Made by a program: the position numbers and the translations under genes
The notes under the pieces: generated by a model
Databases searched by the model: none
What the model saw: the letters and a program-made list of their open reading frames with translations, nothing else
What the model was told of the DNA's origin: nothing
IMG/VR virus record: IMGVR_UViG_3300021962_000035
Coordinates: 1 to 64,000 of that record
Strand: one strand, 5' to 3'
Origin: a virus
DNA: 64,000 nucleotides
Part shown: positions 8,525-18,355 of the stretch, in pieces
How positions within the stretch are numbered: the stretch's first letter is position 1
Layout of the letters: each line of letters opens with the position of its first letter

Positions 8525-11014
8525 ATGAGTTTTAATCCAGAGGACAAGTTTCCCAAAGAAGGAACCCCAGTTTATAACGGTAGCGGAGAGCAATACGATC
8601 TCACTGATACCCGGTATAAATATCACGACGGTCTCGATAACACTACGAAGATCAAAGATTCTTCAGTGGACGATCTCTTTGCCACCACTGATGCTGCTGA
8701 AGCTAGAGCCATCCAGATCGGATGCGGGGGATATCACACGGTCGTAATAAAAGGCAATACTTACTACAAGCCTTGCTCAACAGCAGATTACTATGCTACT
8801 AGAATAGAGCAGCTTGATAGTGCCTTAAACTTCACGTACATAGGTAATTACAGGATATTATCATGGGATAACCCATTCCTGTATGTAACTAAGTTTAAGG
8901 GATGGATTATTGATACTGGTGGAAGCAATAATAACGGACCTTCTTTAAATGCTGACGATATAGCTATAGATTTTAGGTATAGCATCGACGGTAAAACATG
9001 GTCACTTTGGACAAACGTCGGAACTGCATTAGGAGGTCTAACCAATGAATTTTCTGACTTATTTGAAATAACACTTGATCCTAATAATAAATTCTATCCT
9101 GAATTTAGATTCACATCAGTCCTAGTTAATGATGATGGTACAATCATATACAACACGGAAGAACCCATAGATCCGAGTATAGTTATCGTTAATTTTGATT
9201 TAGATCTTGAGTATGCTGATACTCCAGAGGTGGTTATCTATAAACCTGCAGCGATATGTTCCAATGAAATTTCAGTCAGACCTATCATATTTAGTGATTG
9301 TAATTTCACATTCAATCCTTATGCAGTAAACAGAGCTCTGAATCTATATCAGGATCTTAGCCAAATGGTTAATAAAGTGTTTGGGTTAGAAGCTAATTAC
9401 TATTCTGTTCAACCACAGGGGAGAGGAAAGGATGTCATATTGAGAGAATATACTTTATTTAATGTTGTTGCGGAGAAATGTATTAAGATTCTTGTTCCTC
9501 AGAACCAGTTCCCTGATAATAAAATAAACTTTGATCCTTTCGGACTGCAATTTGAAAATCCTTTTGAGATCCAGATAGATCGAAGATATTTTGAAAGTAT
9601 ATTTGGTAAAGGCTCTCAGCCCAGGAAAAGAGATATCATATATTTCCCTATTACCAATAGAATATATGAAATAAATTCAACCTATCTTTTCAGAGATTTT
9701 ATGAACGCTCCTGTTTATTTTAAAATAGAGCTTCAAAAATACAGCCCTAGAAGTAACACATACTTCCAAGATCCTGCTTATAAGGAGGAACTTGAAGGTA
9801 TAGCAGTAACAACCCAAGAACTATTTGGCGATGAAGTTAAAGCGGAGGAATTAAAATCATCTAAGCCTCAGCAGTACGCAACTACGATAACCCAAATGTC
9901 TCAGGATCCTATCAGATCTTATGTTTACAAAGACTTGCCTATTATAGAATATGATCTCAACAACAACTGGACTATAGTTCTAAATAACTATTACGATCTA
10001 TCTGAAGCTTTTGCTGACGTGTCAGAATTCCAGTATGATCCTAGTAGATATAAAAATGCAATAAGATATAAAATGCTTCCCGAGCTTAAAACTGGAGGTG
10101 AGCTTGCTTACACTTGCTGGTTTAGTCTAAGAGATTTTTATGACAACAGCAAAATGACGAAGCGCGGATATCCGATATTAAATGCAACCCTAGAAAGCTA
10201 TGATTCAGATTATTTGTTCTTTAGTACATACCCTAATAGACACAGATTAGAAAAATGGCAGTCTTACGCCTCAAATCCTGAAGGATATGTTGCCGTAAAG
10301 GGCGATAAATTACACTCAGGCGGTTATGAAGTTCTTAATGTAATTGATGAATATAGATTTGTTGTTAAAAACAACTCCACTACATTCTCTCAAGGAACTA
10401 TAGTTTGGAAAGTACAAAAAGCCCAAAACAGAAATTTAATAAGCGGTCTTTATCTTGATTCTAACGAGGACATGAAGGGAATAAGAATTGATCTTATTCA
10501 CTCTGGCGTGATTGATGAAAACACCAATCCTTTCTTAGGACAGGGAAGTTTGGTTATAAGATTAAATGACACCATAATAAATTCACCTTTACAATTTACT
10601 CCTGAGTATGGAGATTGGTATGGAGTTGTTGTTAATGTTTCTAATATCTATAAACAAATTGCAGCTAACGTCTGGGCATTAAGCTATGATCCAGTTGATC
10701 CGAACGAGCAGACAAGTAAATTGAATAAGGTTCATGAAGAAGTTAGGATGTTCACTGATCCTATAATATTCTCTGCCCCATCAAACATAAATACAGATAA
10801 GAATAGTCCTTTCTACGGAACAGAAAATAATGCTTATAAAGTATTTACCGGACCAATATATTTAAGTAATATAAGATTATTTAAAAACATGATTGATGTT
10901 GACAATCAATCAACAGTGTTAAACCAGAACATCGTAAGAGATGCTCAATTAGCACATATAATTGATAACGCTAAACCATTGCTGAACATACCTAAGTTCG
11001 CTAGAAATAGATAA
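8525..11014 (+). CDS. Extended neck protein (T4 gp14-like core with extra N- and C-terminal domains)
   Basis: FGLQFENPFEIQIDRRYFESIFGKGSQPRKRDIIYFPITNRIYEI resembles gp14; follows a late promoter and precedes the terminase. Confidence 0.6.
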   Translation: MSFNPEDKFPKEGTPVYNGSGEQYDLTDTRYKYHDGLDNTTKIKDSSVDDLFATTDAAEARAIQIGCGGYHTVVIKGNTYYKPCSTADYYATRIEQLDSALNFTYIGNYRILSWDNPFLYVTKFKGWIIDTGGSNNNGPSLNADDIAIDFRYSIDGKTWSLWTNVGTALGGLTNEFSDLFEITLDPNNKFYPEFRFTSVLVNDDGTIIYNTEEPIDPSIVIVNFDLDLEYADTPEVVIYKPAAICSNEISVRPIIFSDCNFTFNPYAVNRALNLYQDLSQMVNKVFGLEANYYSVQPQGRGKDVILREYTLFNVVAEKCIKILVPQNQFPDNKINFDPFGLQFENPFEIQIDRRYFESIFGKGSQPRKRDIIYFPITNRIYEINSTYLFRDFMNAPVYFKIELQKYSPRSNTYFQDPAYKEELEGIAVTTQELFGDEVKAEELKSSKPQQYATTITQMSQDPIRSYVYKDLPIIEYDLNNNWTIVLNNYYDLSEAFADVSEFQYDPSRYKNAIRYKMLPELKTGGELAYTCWFSLRDFYDNSKMTKRGYPILNATLESYDSDYLFFSTYPNRHRLEKWQSYASNPEGYVAVKGDKLHSGGYEVLNVIDEYRFVVKNNSTTFSQGTIVWKVQKAQNRNLISGLYLDSNEDMKGIRIDLIHSGVIDENTNPFLGQGSLVIRLNDTIINSPLQFTPEYGDWYGVVVNVSNIYKQIAANVWALSYDPVDPNEQTSKLNKVHEEVRMFTDPIIFSAPSNINTDKNSPFYGTENNAYKVFTGPIYLSNIRLFKNMIDVDNQSTVLNQNIVRDAQLAHIIDNAKPLLNIPKFARNR

Positions 11015-11017
11015 AAT

Positions 11018-11803
11018 ATGCCAAGAAGAAAACCGAAACCGGAAAAGGTAATTCAAGAGAAAATAAAAGAGAATCTTGATGCCATAATAATGGAGGAATC
11101 ATTAGATTCAGTTTCACTAGATTCCGATGATTTACCTAGACTGAAGACTTCAGAGCTAATGAATTTTGCAGACGAAAAACTTAGTGCTCTCACTGAAGCT
11201 AGGGCATTGATGGATTCTGTTGCAAAATTTTACGTGGATCCGGGCGCTCACGGGCACGTGGAGCTTCTAGATTTGAAGAAAAAAGTTGATGCGATGAACG
11301 TCTCCGCGATGATGTTTCAAATGAAATCAGCTCAACATGCTATTACTAAATTACTCGAGGAAATAGATTTAGGGAACATGCACCCCAGAATTTTTGAAGT
11401 TCTTGCACAGCTACAGTCGCAAATAATGCAAATGCCTAAGGATTATCAGACTTATCTGGAAAAAATGGAACAGAGCTACAAGAGAGTCAACACAGAGCTG
11501 GAAGAGAAAAGGCACTCCGGAGGTGTTATGATGGATCAGCAGACAGGACTAGAAGGGGAGACTAATACTTTCTATCCTTCAAATACTGACGGATCTGGAA
11601 TAAGATCTAGAGGTACAAGAGGAATAATGGAAGGTCTAAGGGACATTTTGGGAACCGAGATTGTTGATGTTAAACCAGTAGAGGTTAACCCAAATGCGGT
11701 TGTTAACGCCAGAGACAAGAAACTAATTGATGACCAACTCCGTCCACAAAGTGATGATGAGGATCAAACCGATTTTATCATTGAGGACGATATAATAGAA
11801 TAA
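11018..11803 (+). CDS. Hypothetical helical protein, possible terminase small subunit
   Basis: Position immediately upstream of TerL only; no diagnostic motif recognised. Confidence 0.4.
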   Translation: MPRRKPKPEKVIQEKIKENLDAIIMEESLDSVSLDSDDLPRLKTSELMNFADEKLSALTEARALMDSVAKFYVDPGAHGHVELLDLKKKVDAMNVSAMMFQMKSAQHAITKLLEEIDLGNMHPRIFEVLAQLQSQIMQMPKDYQTYLEKMEQSYKRVNTELEEKRHSGGVMMDQQTGLEGETNTFYPSNTDGSGIRSRGTRGIMEGLRDILGTEIVDVKPVEVNPNAVVNARDKKLIDDQLRPQSDDEDQTDFIIEDDIIE

Positions 11804-11804
11804 T

Positions 11805-13646
11805 ATGTTTTCAGAAGCAGTACAGAAAGAAGATTCACAAACGGAGAGTAGTTATTGGACAACCTCCAGAATAAATGAACTTCTTAGAAGAGTTGATGAG
11901 GAAGGGCTTGACTATAAAAGTGTAGACAACCCATTCCATGACAACAACCCCGAATTAAAAAGGGCAAATATTCTTTGGGAATATACACCGGAGGAAATCC
12001 TAGAAATGCGCAAGTGTGCGGAGGATGTTACTTATTTTGCTAAGTATTGCCAGGTTATGACCGATGAGGGTTTGAACTACATCAAGCTTAGAGATTATCA
12101 GACCTCAGTTCTTAGAGAGTACCAAGCCAACAGATTTAATATATTTTTAGCACCTAGACAGGTTGGTAAATCTATTACCTCTTCGGTAATTCTTGTTTGG
12201 TATCTGTTATTCAATCACGATAAAAATGCGATGATTTTGGCTAACGTGGGCGATACCGCAGAAGAGCTAATGGACAAGATCAAAGCAATCATCAAGGGAC
12301 TTCCGTTCTTCCTTAAACCTGGTATGGTTGTAAATAACGTGATGTCCATGAGGTTTGACAACGGATGTAGAATCTTAGCTAAGACCACAACTAAAACATC
12401 CGGTATCGGTTTTACTATACACTTCTTATACATGGATGAGTTTGCTCACATTAATCCAAACTTTATAGAAGCCTTTTTTAGATCAACTTACCCAACCGTA
12501 TCATCGTCAAAGGTCTCCAGAATCATAATCACTTCCACCCCTAATGGGATGAATAAGTTTTATGAGATATACCAGGGGGCTCTAATGGGAGAGAATAGCT
12601 TCAATCCAATCAGAGTAGATTGGTGGCAGGTTCCCGGAAGAGATGAGGCATGGAAACAAAAAGAGATTGGGAACTTAGGTAGCGAAGAACTTTTTAATCA
12701 GGAATACGGTAACCAGTTTTTAAGCTCTTCTTCCTTGCTTCTCGGGTCAAATGAATTAAAGAAGATCAAAACAAACGAGGTTGAATATGAATGGAAGGAG
12801 ATAGATTGCTTACATTATGAAGAGTCCTTAAATTATGAGAATCTTCTATGGCATCCTAAATTTAACATCGATAATGCAAATTCACCTGGAAAAAAATTCG
12901 TTTTCTCTATTGATATAAGTGCTGGTGTAAAAGGTGATTTCACCGTTGTTAATATCTTCAAAGTTACTCCACTTCCTAAGAAAATGATAGAATCTATACA
13001 GGAATATGAAGACGAATCCGATTTTTTCGGTCTGGTTCAGGTAGGTGTTTTCAGAGATAACGAGATAAAACTTGAGGAACTTGTTAAATTATTAAGGGGA
13101 TTAATAAAAGTTGTTGGCATCGATAGGGTTAAGCTAGCTATAGAAATGAACTTTAAAGGGGAGCTTCTATACGAAAAGTTGATGACGGACGATGACTATT
13201 ATGACGAGATGTTCTTGTTTACTAAGCATTCTGAATCCGCAAGAGTTTTAAAACCTGGCATCAAGTACAACGAAAAGAATAAGATGAAGTATTGCGAACT
13301 TCTCAGAAGTCTTATAAGAGAGGGGAAGATCCTCGTAAATGATAAAAAATGGACCATCCCGGAGCTTTTTACATTCGGACTAAATAACAGGGGAACATAT
13401 TCCAGTCAAACCGGACACGATGACGTGGCTATGACTTTAGTGAACTTACCTGGTCTTTTCGACGGTTATGATTTCAATCAGATGGTAGGTGATGTGTTTG
13501 ACGAGTTAGAAAACGATTACAAGCAACTGATATCTGCAAAACTTGAGGTGGGAATGCCAGGAGAAACTGATGAATTCGGATACGGAAACAAAGGTCCTTC
13601 AACTAAGGATGGCAGAAGCTATGGTGATTTTAATAAATTGCTTTAA
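11805..13646 (+). CDS. terL: Terminase large subunit (T4 gp17-like)
   Basis: LRDYQ, Walker A APRQVGKS, Walker B LYMDEFAH, ITSTPNG, nuclease SIDISAG...DFT and HDDVAM. Confidence 0.97.
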   Translation: MFSEAVQKEDSQTESSYWTTSRINELLRRVDEEGLDYKSVDNPFHDNNPELKRANILWEYTPEEILEMRKCAEDVTYFAKYCQVMTDEGLNYIKLRDYQTSVLREYQANRFNIFLAPRQVGKSITSSVILVWYLLFNHDKNAMILANVGDTAEELMDKIKAIIKGLPFFLKPGMVVNNVMSMRFDNGCRILAKTTTKTSGIGFTIHFLYMDEFAHINPNFIEAFFRSTYPTVSSSKVSRIIITSTPNGMNKFYEIYQGALMGENSFNPIRVDWWQVPGRDEAWKQKEIGNLGSEELFNQEYGNQFLSSSSLLLGSNELKKIKTNEVEYEWKEIDCLHYEESLNYENLLWHPKFNIDNANSPGKKFVFSIDISAGVKGDFTVVNIFKVTPLPKKMIESIQEYEDESDFFGLVQVGVFRDNEIKLEELVKLLRGLIKVVGIDRVKLAIEMNFKGELLYEKLMTDDDYYDEMFLFTKHSESARVLKPGIKYNEKNKMKYCELLRSLIREGKILVNDKKWTIPELFTFGLNNRGTYSSQTGHDDVAMTLVNLPGLFDGYDFNQMVGDVFDELENDYKQLISAKLEVGMPGETDEFGYGNKGPSTKDGRSYGDFNKLL

Positions 13647-13681
13647 AGCTATGCTGGATCTAATATTCTACTTTCTATTTC

Positions 13682-13689
13682 GATATATA
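13682..13689 (+). promoter_or_regulatory. Late promoter GATATATA
   Basis: Upstream of the sheath gene. Confidence 0.8.
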
Positions 13690-13719
13690 GTACAGAAGCA
13701 AAAAATATCTTAAAAAATA

Positions 13720-16700
13720 ATGGCAAATAAGGTTAAAATAGACTATTCCCAGTTTAAAGCCTCAGGGGTTTATACCCTTGAATTTGACGCGTCACAAAGT
13801 GTCATACTAACATCTCAAACGATTAGATTGGTTGTTGGCTTCTCTAACAAGGGGCCTTTCAATACTCCGGTTTATATACCAGATCCAACGACAATGATTT
13901 CTGTTTTTGGAGACATTGATAGATCCTTAGAAAATAAAGGATCTTTCTTCCATAGATCGATACTAACGTGTCTAAACACTGGTCCTGTTTTCGCATTGAA
14001 TCTATTAAAACTTAATGATGATGTTGATAGCGCTAGTCCGGACGAAGTTACGTATAGAGCTTACTCTTTGGACACTGAACAATATAATGGTGTTGTAACT
14101 TCTGAGTTATACTCATCTTATTATAACAAAGAGAGATTCTGGTTTGCAGATCCTAATTATTTCCTAGCTACTCTAAGCACATCGGATACAGGAAAACTTT
14201 TCAGCTTAACCAACTTAGGTAAATCCCCTATGAGTGTTATCATTAGAAAATCTACAGATTCTTCTAAGCCATTAAAGGGATATGATATCTTTGCTATAGA
14301 CTGGTATGGTGCTAATAATGTGCCTACGTTCATGCACCCTTACGACTATATGTCTGATTATTTCATCGACGTTATAGCAGTTTCTGGAGATTGGACAGAT
14401 TATCAAGCATTAGCTTTAGATCCTAAATGGTCAGCGTTCTTTACCAATAACGGATTCATTAAGAGCAAAATTGATGCTTTCCTTAGCGATCAGGACGTAA
14501 ACATCGTTACATCAGTAACTGGATGTATTATCCCTGACTTCGTGGATCTTAACGGGGTTAATCAATACATTCAGACTTTAGTAAATGCTAACTCTCCAGC
14601 GACAGGATTATTCTGTGCTATAGATGAACAAGCATTCGACGACATCTGTGCTAATCCATATACAATCGATTTAGTGGGTAACCACCTTATTGACGAATTA
14701 ACTGGAGATAGAGATTTAGCTAATCCTAGGATTAATTTCTTAAGCTACGACCAGGCTTTAGTTGCAGATTACCTTTATACACAAAACGTGGTTGGGGTTA
14801 CCGGTTCAGGAGCAACTGCATTTATCGGACCTACTGGTTTAAGCGGTCCAGCAAACGGTACTAAAGTAGGTACACTATTTACCCTTGATGCTGGTACAAC
14901 TGCAGGTGTTGTTTACCAATCATTTGCAGCATACGATCCTAATGCTTATGACGGAGGGTTACACTATCTTCAGACTTTAGGAACAGGAGGAACAGCAGGA
15001 TATTTCCAAAATGCTTCTCAAAAGAACGCATTAAAATCTTTCTTGACTGTTAATTCTTCGGACGATCAGAAATTTATAGTTGGTGTTGTTAATGGTATAT
15101 CCGGTGCTACTGGAGCTTTAATCAACCAATTTGCATTGCATGATCTGATTAAACTTAAAGTTACCGGAACACAGGATGTTGGAGGTGAGCTTAGAATATT
15201 CTTTACTCACCCTCTAGATACTTCTTTCTACAGATCACAAGGTATTACTGTATCCCCTGTTTATACAATCAATTCATATAATACGGGTGCTTCTGGAAGT
15301 AATAAGCCTTTCTATAGCAACGCTTACCAATTCGGTAACTCTGATTATTTGGATATCGTTAGTGAAGTTACCCCTAACGGTGTAACTGGACCTAACGCAC
15401 CTCTTGGAGTTTCCAACGTACTACAAGGATATAATGCTTCTACGTTATTCCAAAATGTTAAATACAATGAGTTGGCAGACGGAGATCAAATTTGGTTAAA
15501 CTCAGCAGGAACAAGTCTTCAGTACTTGTCATTTGAATCTACCGTAGATAGGGATCAATTTAACTATGTTAACACAAGATCTCACTCTAACGTATCACTT
15601 GCAGGGAACACAATAAATAACATAACTGGATTTGCTACTGCTTATGCTTCGGATAACATCGGAACACCAGTAACTTCACAGAAAATAGACATAGTTTCTC
15701 AGGAAGGTTCAATTAACTCATTTGTTAACTGTACGAAGATTGATACCACTTCATTCTACGTAGTTGAGGATTCAAACGGAAACGTTCCTCTATCCGTTGG
15801 AGATTTGGTAGTTTGTACAGACCTTGACATCTGCGTTCCTACCACAGGAAATCAACAAAGCAGATTAGCTAAGATTACTTCAGTTGCTTCTACAACAACT
15901 TCAGGAACTTACAAAGCTATCTGTTCTAGACCGGTACTTTACTATTCTGGTGATGGATCAGGATCAAGAGTTCAGAAGTTTAAATCAATCTCTCAGTTCA
16001 CTAGATCTTTTGATTTCACATACCTTTCTGGATTCACCATGAAAGAATCTCATAGACCTAACGGATCTGATGCTAGAGTCTCTGAAATACTTGATGTTAT
16101 GTACGACACTAACATCGCTAAGACATTAGCTTCTAAAGACGTTATTTCTTTCAGATACATTGTAGATACATTCTCTGGACAAATTTTACCTAACTCTAAA
16201 TACCAGTTAAGTAGATTAGCAATGCTTAGACAGCAATCACTTGCGCTTATAAACGCTCCATCGATGGCTCAATTCCAAGCTAGCACCGATCCTAGATTTA
16301 CTAATGCGCCTACAGCTTCTAATCCTTACCCAAGTTTAAATACTGCTTATATCGCAGACGGAGGTAACTTATCATTAAATCCTTCTTACACATTTAGCTT
16401 ACCTAGTGAAGCAGAAGGTGCTAAATTCGCTGCATTCTATGCTCCTTATATCACTATCAGAGAGTCTAATAGAAACGTGAACGTTCCACCAGCTGCTATG
16501 GTATCTAATAACTTTGTTAGAAAATTCGCTACAGGAGAACCTTATGCAATCATCGCAGGTCAGAAAAGAGGAATCTTAAGCGGAGGTGGTAACATCGTAG
16601 GAGTAGAATACGACTTCACTGACGAGGACAGAGCAAACTTAGAACCATTCGGAATTAATCCTATCATTAAGAGAAGAGGAGTTGGAGTGGTAATCTTCGG

Positions 16701-17073
16701 TAACCAAACAGCTTACCAACAAGTTAACTCTGCATTCAACTTAGTTCACGTAAGAGACTTGTTAATAAGTATCGAAAGCGACGTACAGTCTATCCTTTCA
16801 AACTACTTATTTGATTTCAATGATGATTCTATCAGACTTGAAATTAAGACATTGGTTGATAACTACTTGGACGGAGTAAGAGCAGGTGGTGGAATCTACA
16901 ACTACCAAACTGTTATGGATGCTTCTAATAATACACCAGCAATTATCGATATGAACATGGGAGTTATAGATGTTATTATCGAACCTGCTAGAGGTATTCA
17001 GAAATTCATTAACAGAATTACTGTTACAAGAACAGGAGGTATTGCAGCAGGAGGCTTTATCCAATTCGTATAA
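13720..17073 (+). CDS. gp18: Contractile tail sheath protein (gp18-like) with large insertion
   Basis: SGVYTLEFD, VGFSNKGPFNTP; C-terminal NPIIKRRGVGVVIFGNQT...AFNLVHVRDLLISIE...IEPARGIQKF. Confidence 0.93.
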   Translation: MANKVKIDYSQFKASGVYTLEFDASQSVILTSQTIRLVVGFSNKGPFNTPVYIPDPTTMISVFGDIDRSLENKGSFFHRSILTCLNTGPVFALNLLKLNDDVDSASPDEVTYRAYSLDTEQYNGVVTSELYSSYYNKERFWFADPNYFLATLSTSDTGKLFSLTNLGKSPMSVIIRKSTDSSKPLKGYDIFAIDWYGANNVPTFMHPYDYMSDYFIDVIAVSGDWTDYQALALDPKWSAFFTNNGFIKSKIDAFLSDQDVNIVTSVTGCIIPDFVDLNGVNQYIQTLVNANSPATGLFCAIDEQAFDDICANPYTIDLVGNHLIDELTGDRDLANPRINFLSYDQALVADYLYTQNVVGVTGSGATAFIGPTGLSGPANGTKVGTLFTLDAGTTAGVVYQSFAAYDPNAYDGGLHYLQTLGTGGTAGYFQNASQKNALKSFLTVNSSDDQKFIVGVVNGISGATGALINQFALHDLIKLKVTGTQDVGGELRIFFTHPLDTSFYRSQGITVSPVYTINSYNTGASGSNKPFYSNAYQFGNSDYLDIVSEVTPNGVTGPNAPLGVSNVLQGYNASTLFQNVKYNELADGDQIWLNSAGTSLQYLSFESTVDRDQFNYVNTRSHSNVSLAGNTINNITGFATAYASDNIGTPVTSQKIDIVSQEGSINSFVNCTKIDTTSFYVVEDSNGNVPLSVGDLVVCTDLDICVPTTGNQQSRLAKITSVASTTTSGTYKAICSRPVLYYSGDGSGSRVQKFKSISQFTRSFDFTYLSGFTMKESHRPNGSDARVSEILDVMYDTNIAKTLASKDVISFRYIVDTFSGQILPNSKYQLSRLAMLRQQSLALINAPSMAQFQASTDPRFTNAPTASNPYPSLNTAYIADGGNLSLNPSYTFSLPSEAEGAKFAAFYAPYITIRESNRNVNVPPAAMVSNNFVRKFATGEPYAIIAGQKRGILSGGGNIVGVEYDFTDEDRANLEPFGINPIIKRRGVGVVIFGNQTAYQQVNSAFNLVHVRDLLISIESDVQSILSNYLFDFNDDSIRLEIKTLVDNYLDGVRAGGGIYNYQTVMDASNNTPAIIDMNMGVIDVIIEPARGIQKFINRITVTRTGGIAAGGFIQFV

Positions 17074-17119
17074 TACGAATTGGAGCCTTTTGGGCAACTA
17101 AGATAAATATAAACTGAAT

Positions 17120-17674
17120 ATGGCAGGATTATCACATTATCAAAATTCATTATCAGCAATAAACAAGTTCGAACCTGTTTACCTGAATCAGTTCGAGGTT
17201 ACCGTTATACCTCCTTCTGCTGTTGCTGGCGGAGAGATCCTACTACAACACGTTACGAAGGTTGGTGGACTTACATTAGACAAAAACCCAGGATTGGTTA
17301 CCCAAAAATATAAGTTTGCTAAAAGGAACTATGCTGGAGCTAAGCCCGATAACACTTATATGGATTTAAGTTTAAGCTTTACCGTCAACTTAAATGATGA
17401 TAACTCAATGTATGTTTTTAAAACATTGAGACAATGGAGTGACTTAATCTACAATCCTTTAACAGGTGCGATGGGACTTAAGAATGATTATACTGGTACT
17501 ATCGTGGTTTCGATTTTTAATAAACAAGGGGACGTTTTCAGAAGAATAACATGCAGAGATTGTTATCCAACTAAAGCCATAAATGAAATGAATCTTAACT
17601 ACACATCAACTGATATATTCAAGATTGATGATATGACATGGGCAGTTGATTACTGGGAGGATTTATTCTTATAA
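17120..17674 (+). CDS. gp19: Tail tube protein, paralog 1 (gp19-like)
   Basis: Follows the sheath; YLNQFEV, F-VNLN, LRQWSDLIYNPLTG, DCYPT, DYWE. Confidence 0.85.
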   Translation: MAGLSHYQNSLSAINKFEPVYLNQFEVTVIPPSAVAGGEILLQHVTKVGGLTLDKNPGLVTQKYKFAKRNYAGAKPDNTYMDLSLSFTVNLNDDNSMYVFKTLRQWSDLIYNPLTGAMGLKNDYTGTIVVSIFNKQGDVFRRITCRDCYPTKAINEMNLNYTSTDIFKIDDMTWAVDYWEDLFL

Positions 17675-17691
17675 AAAAACACAAAAAATAA

Positions 17692-18267
17692 ATGGCAGGT
17701 TTACCACATTTTACAAACTCTAAAGCCGCGATAAACAACTACGAACCGGTTTATCTTAACCAATTCGAGGTTTTGATCAACCCACCTTCGGGTATAGTAG
17801 ATGCTAGCACGACTTTCAAAGGAGAGTCTATTTTAACTCAACAGGTTAAGTCCATTGCTGGATTAACTGTAGACATCTTAGCAAACGGAAACGTTGAACA
17901 AATGTACAAATTTGCTCAAAGAAGATACGCTGCAGGCGAGCCTACAACAACCGATATGACTTTAACTATGGAATTTGAAGTCAACCTAAATGATGCTAAC
18001 TCTATGAGTGTTTATAAGATACTTAGACAATGGAGCGATTTAATCTATAACCCCTTAACTGGAGCAATGGGTATTAAGAGTGATTATGTTGGGTCTATGG
18101 TTATTTCGGTTTTCAGCAAAAGAGGGGATGTTTTCAGAAGAATCAGAATTCCTTCTTGCTTTTTGAGCACAGCTATTAACGATATGCAGTTGGATTACGA
18201 GAATCCTGCTATCTACACAGTATCAGCTTCTTGGATCTGTGATTACTGGGAAGATTTATTCATCTAA
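17692..18267 (+). CDS. gp19: Tail tube protein, paralog 2 (gp19-like)
   Basis: Same motif set as paralog 1 (EPVYLNQFEV, LRQWSDLIYNPLTGAMG, DYWEDLF). Confidence 0.85.
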   Translation: MAGLPHFTNSKAAINNYEPVYLNQFEVLINPPSGIVDASTTFKGESILTQQVKSIAGLTVDILANGNVEQMYKFAQRRYAAGEPTTTDMTLTMEFEVNLNDANSMSVYKILRQWSDLIYNPLTGAMGIKSDYVGSMVISVFSKRGDVFRRIRIPSCFLSTAINDMQLDYENPAIYTVSASWICDYWEDLFI

Positions 18268-18288
18268 TATTAATTTCAATAATAATCG

Positions 18289-18318
18289 AAAGGAGACAAG
18301 GAATTTGTCTCCTTTTTT
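18289..18318 (+). terminator. Rho-independent terminator
   Basis: AAAGGAGACAA-ggaa-TTGTCTCCTTT hairpin followed by a T-tract, after tube 2. Confidence 0.85.
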
Positions 18319-18355
18319 GTTTTCTGTTATATAATAAGAAAAACAAATTAAATAC

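Noticed and set aside
11805-13646. Intein or intron in the terminase, ligase or MCP
   Set aside because: Lengths are normal for each family, and no splicing or LAGLIDADG motifs were seen.
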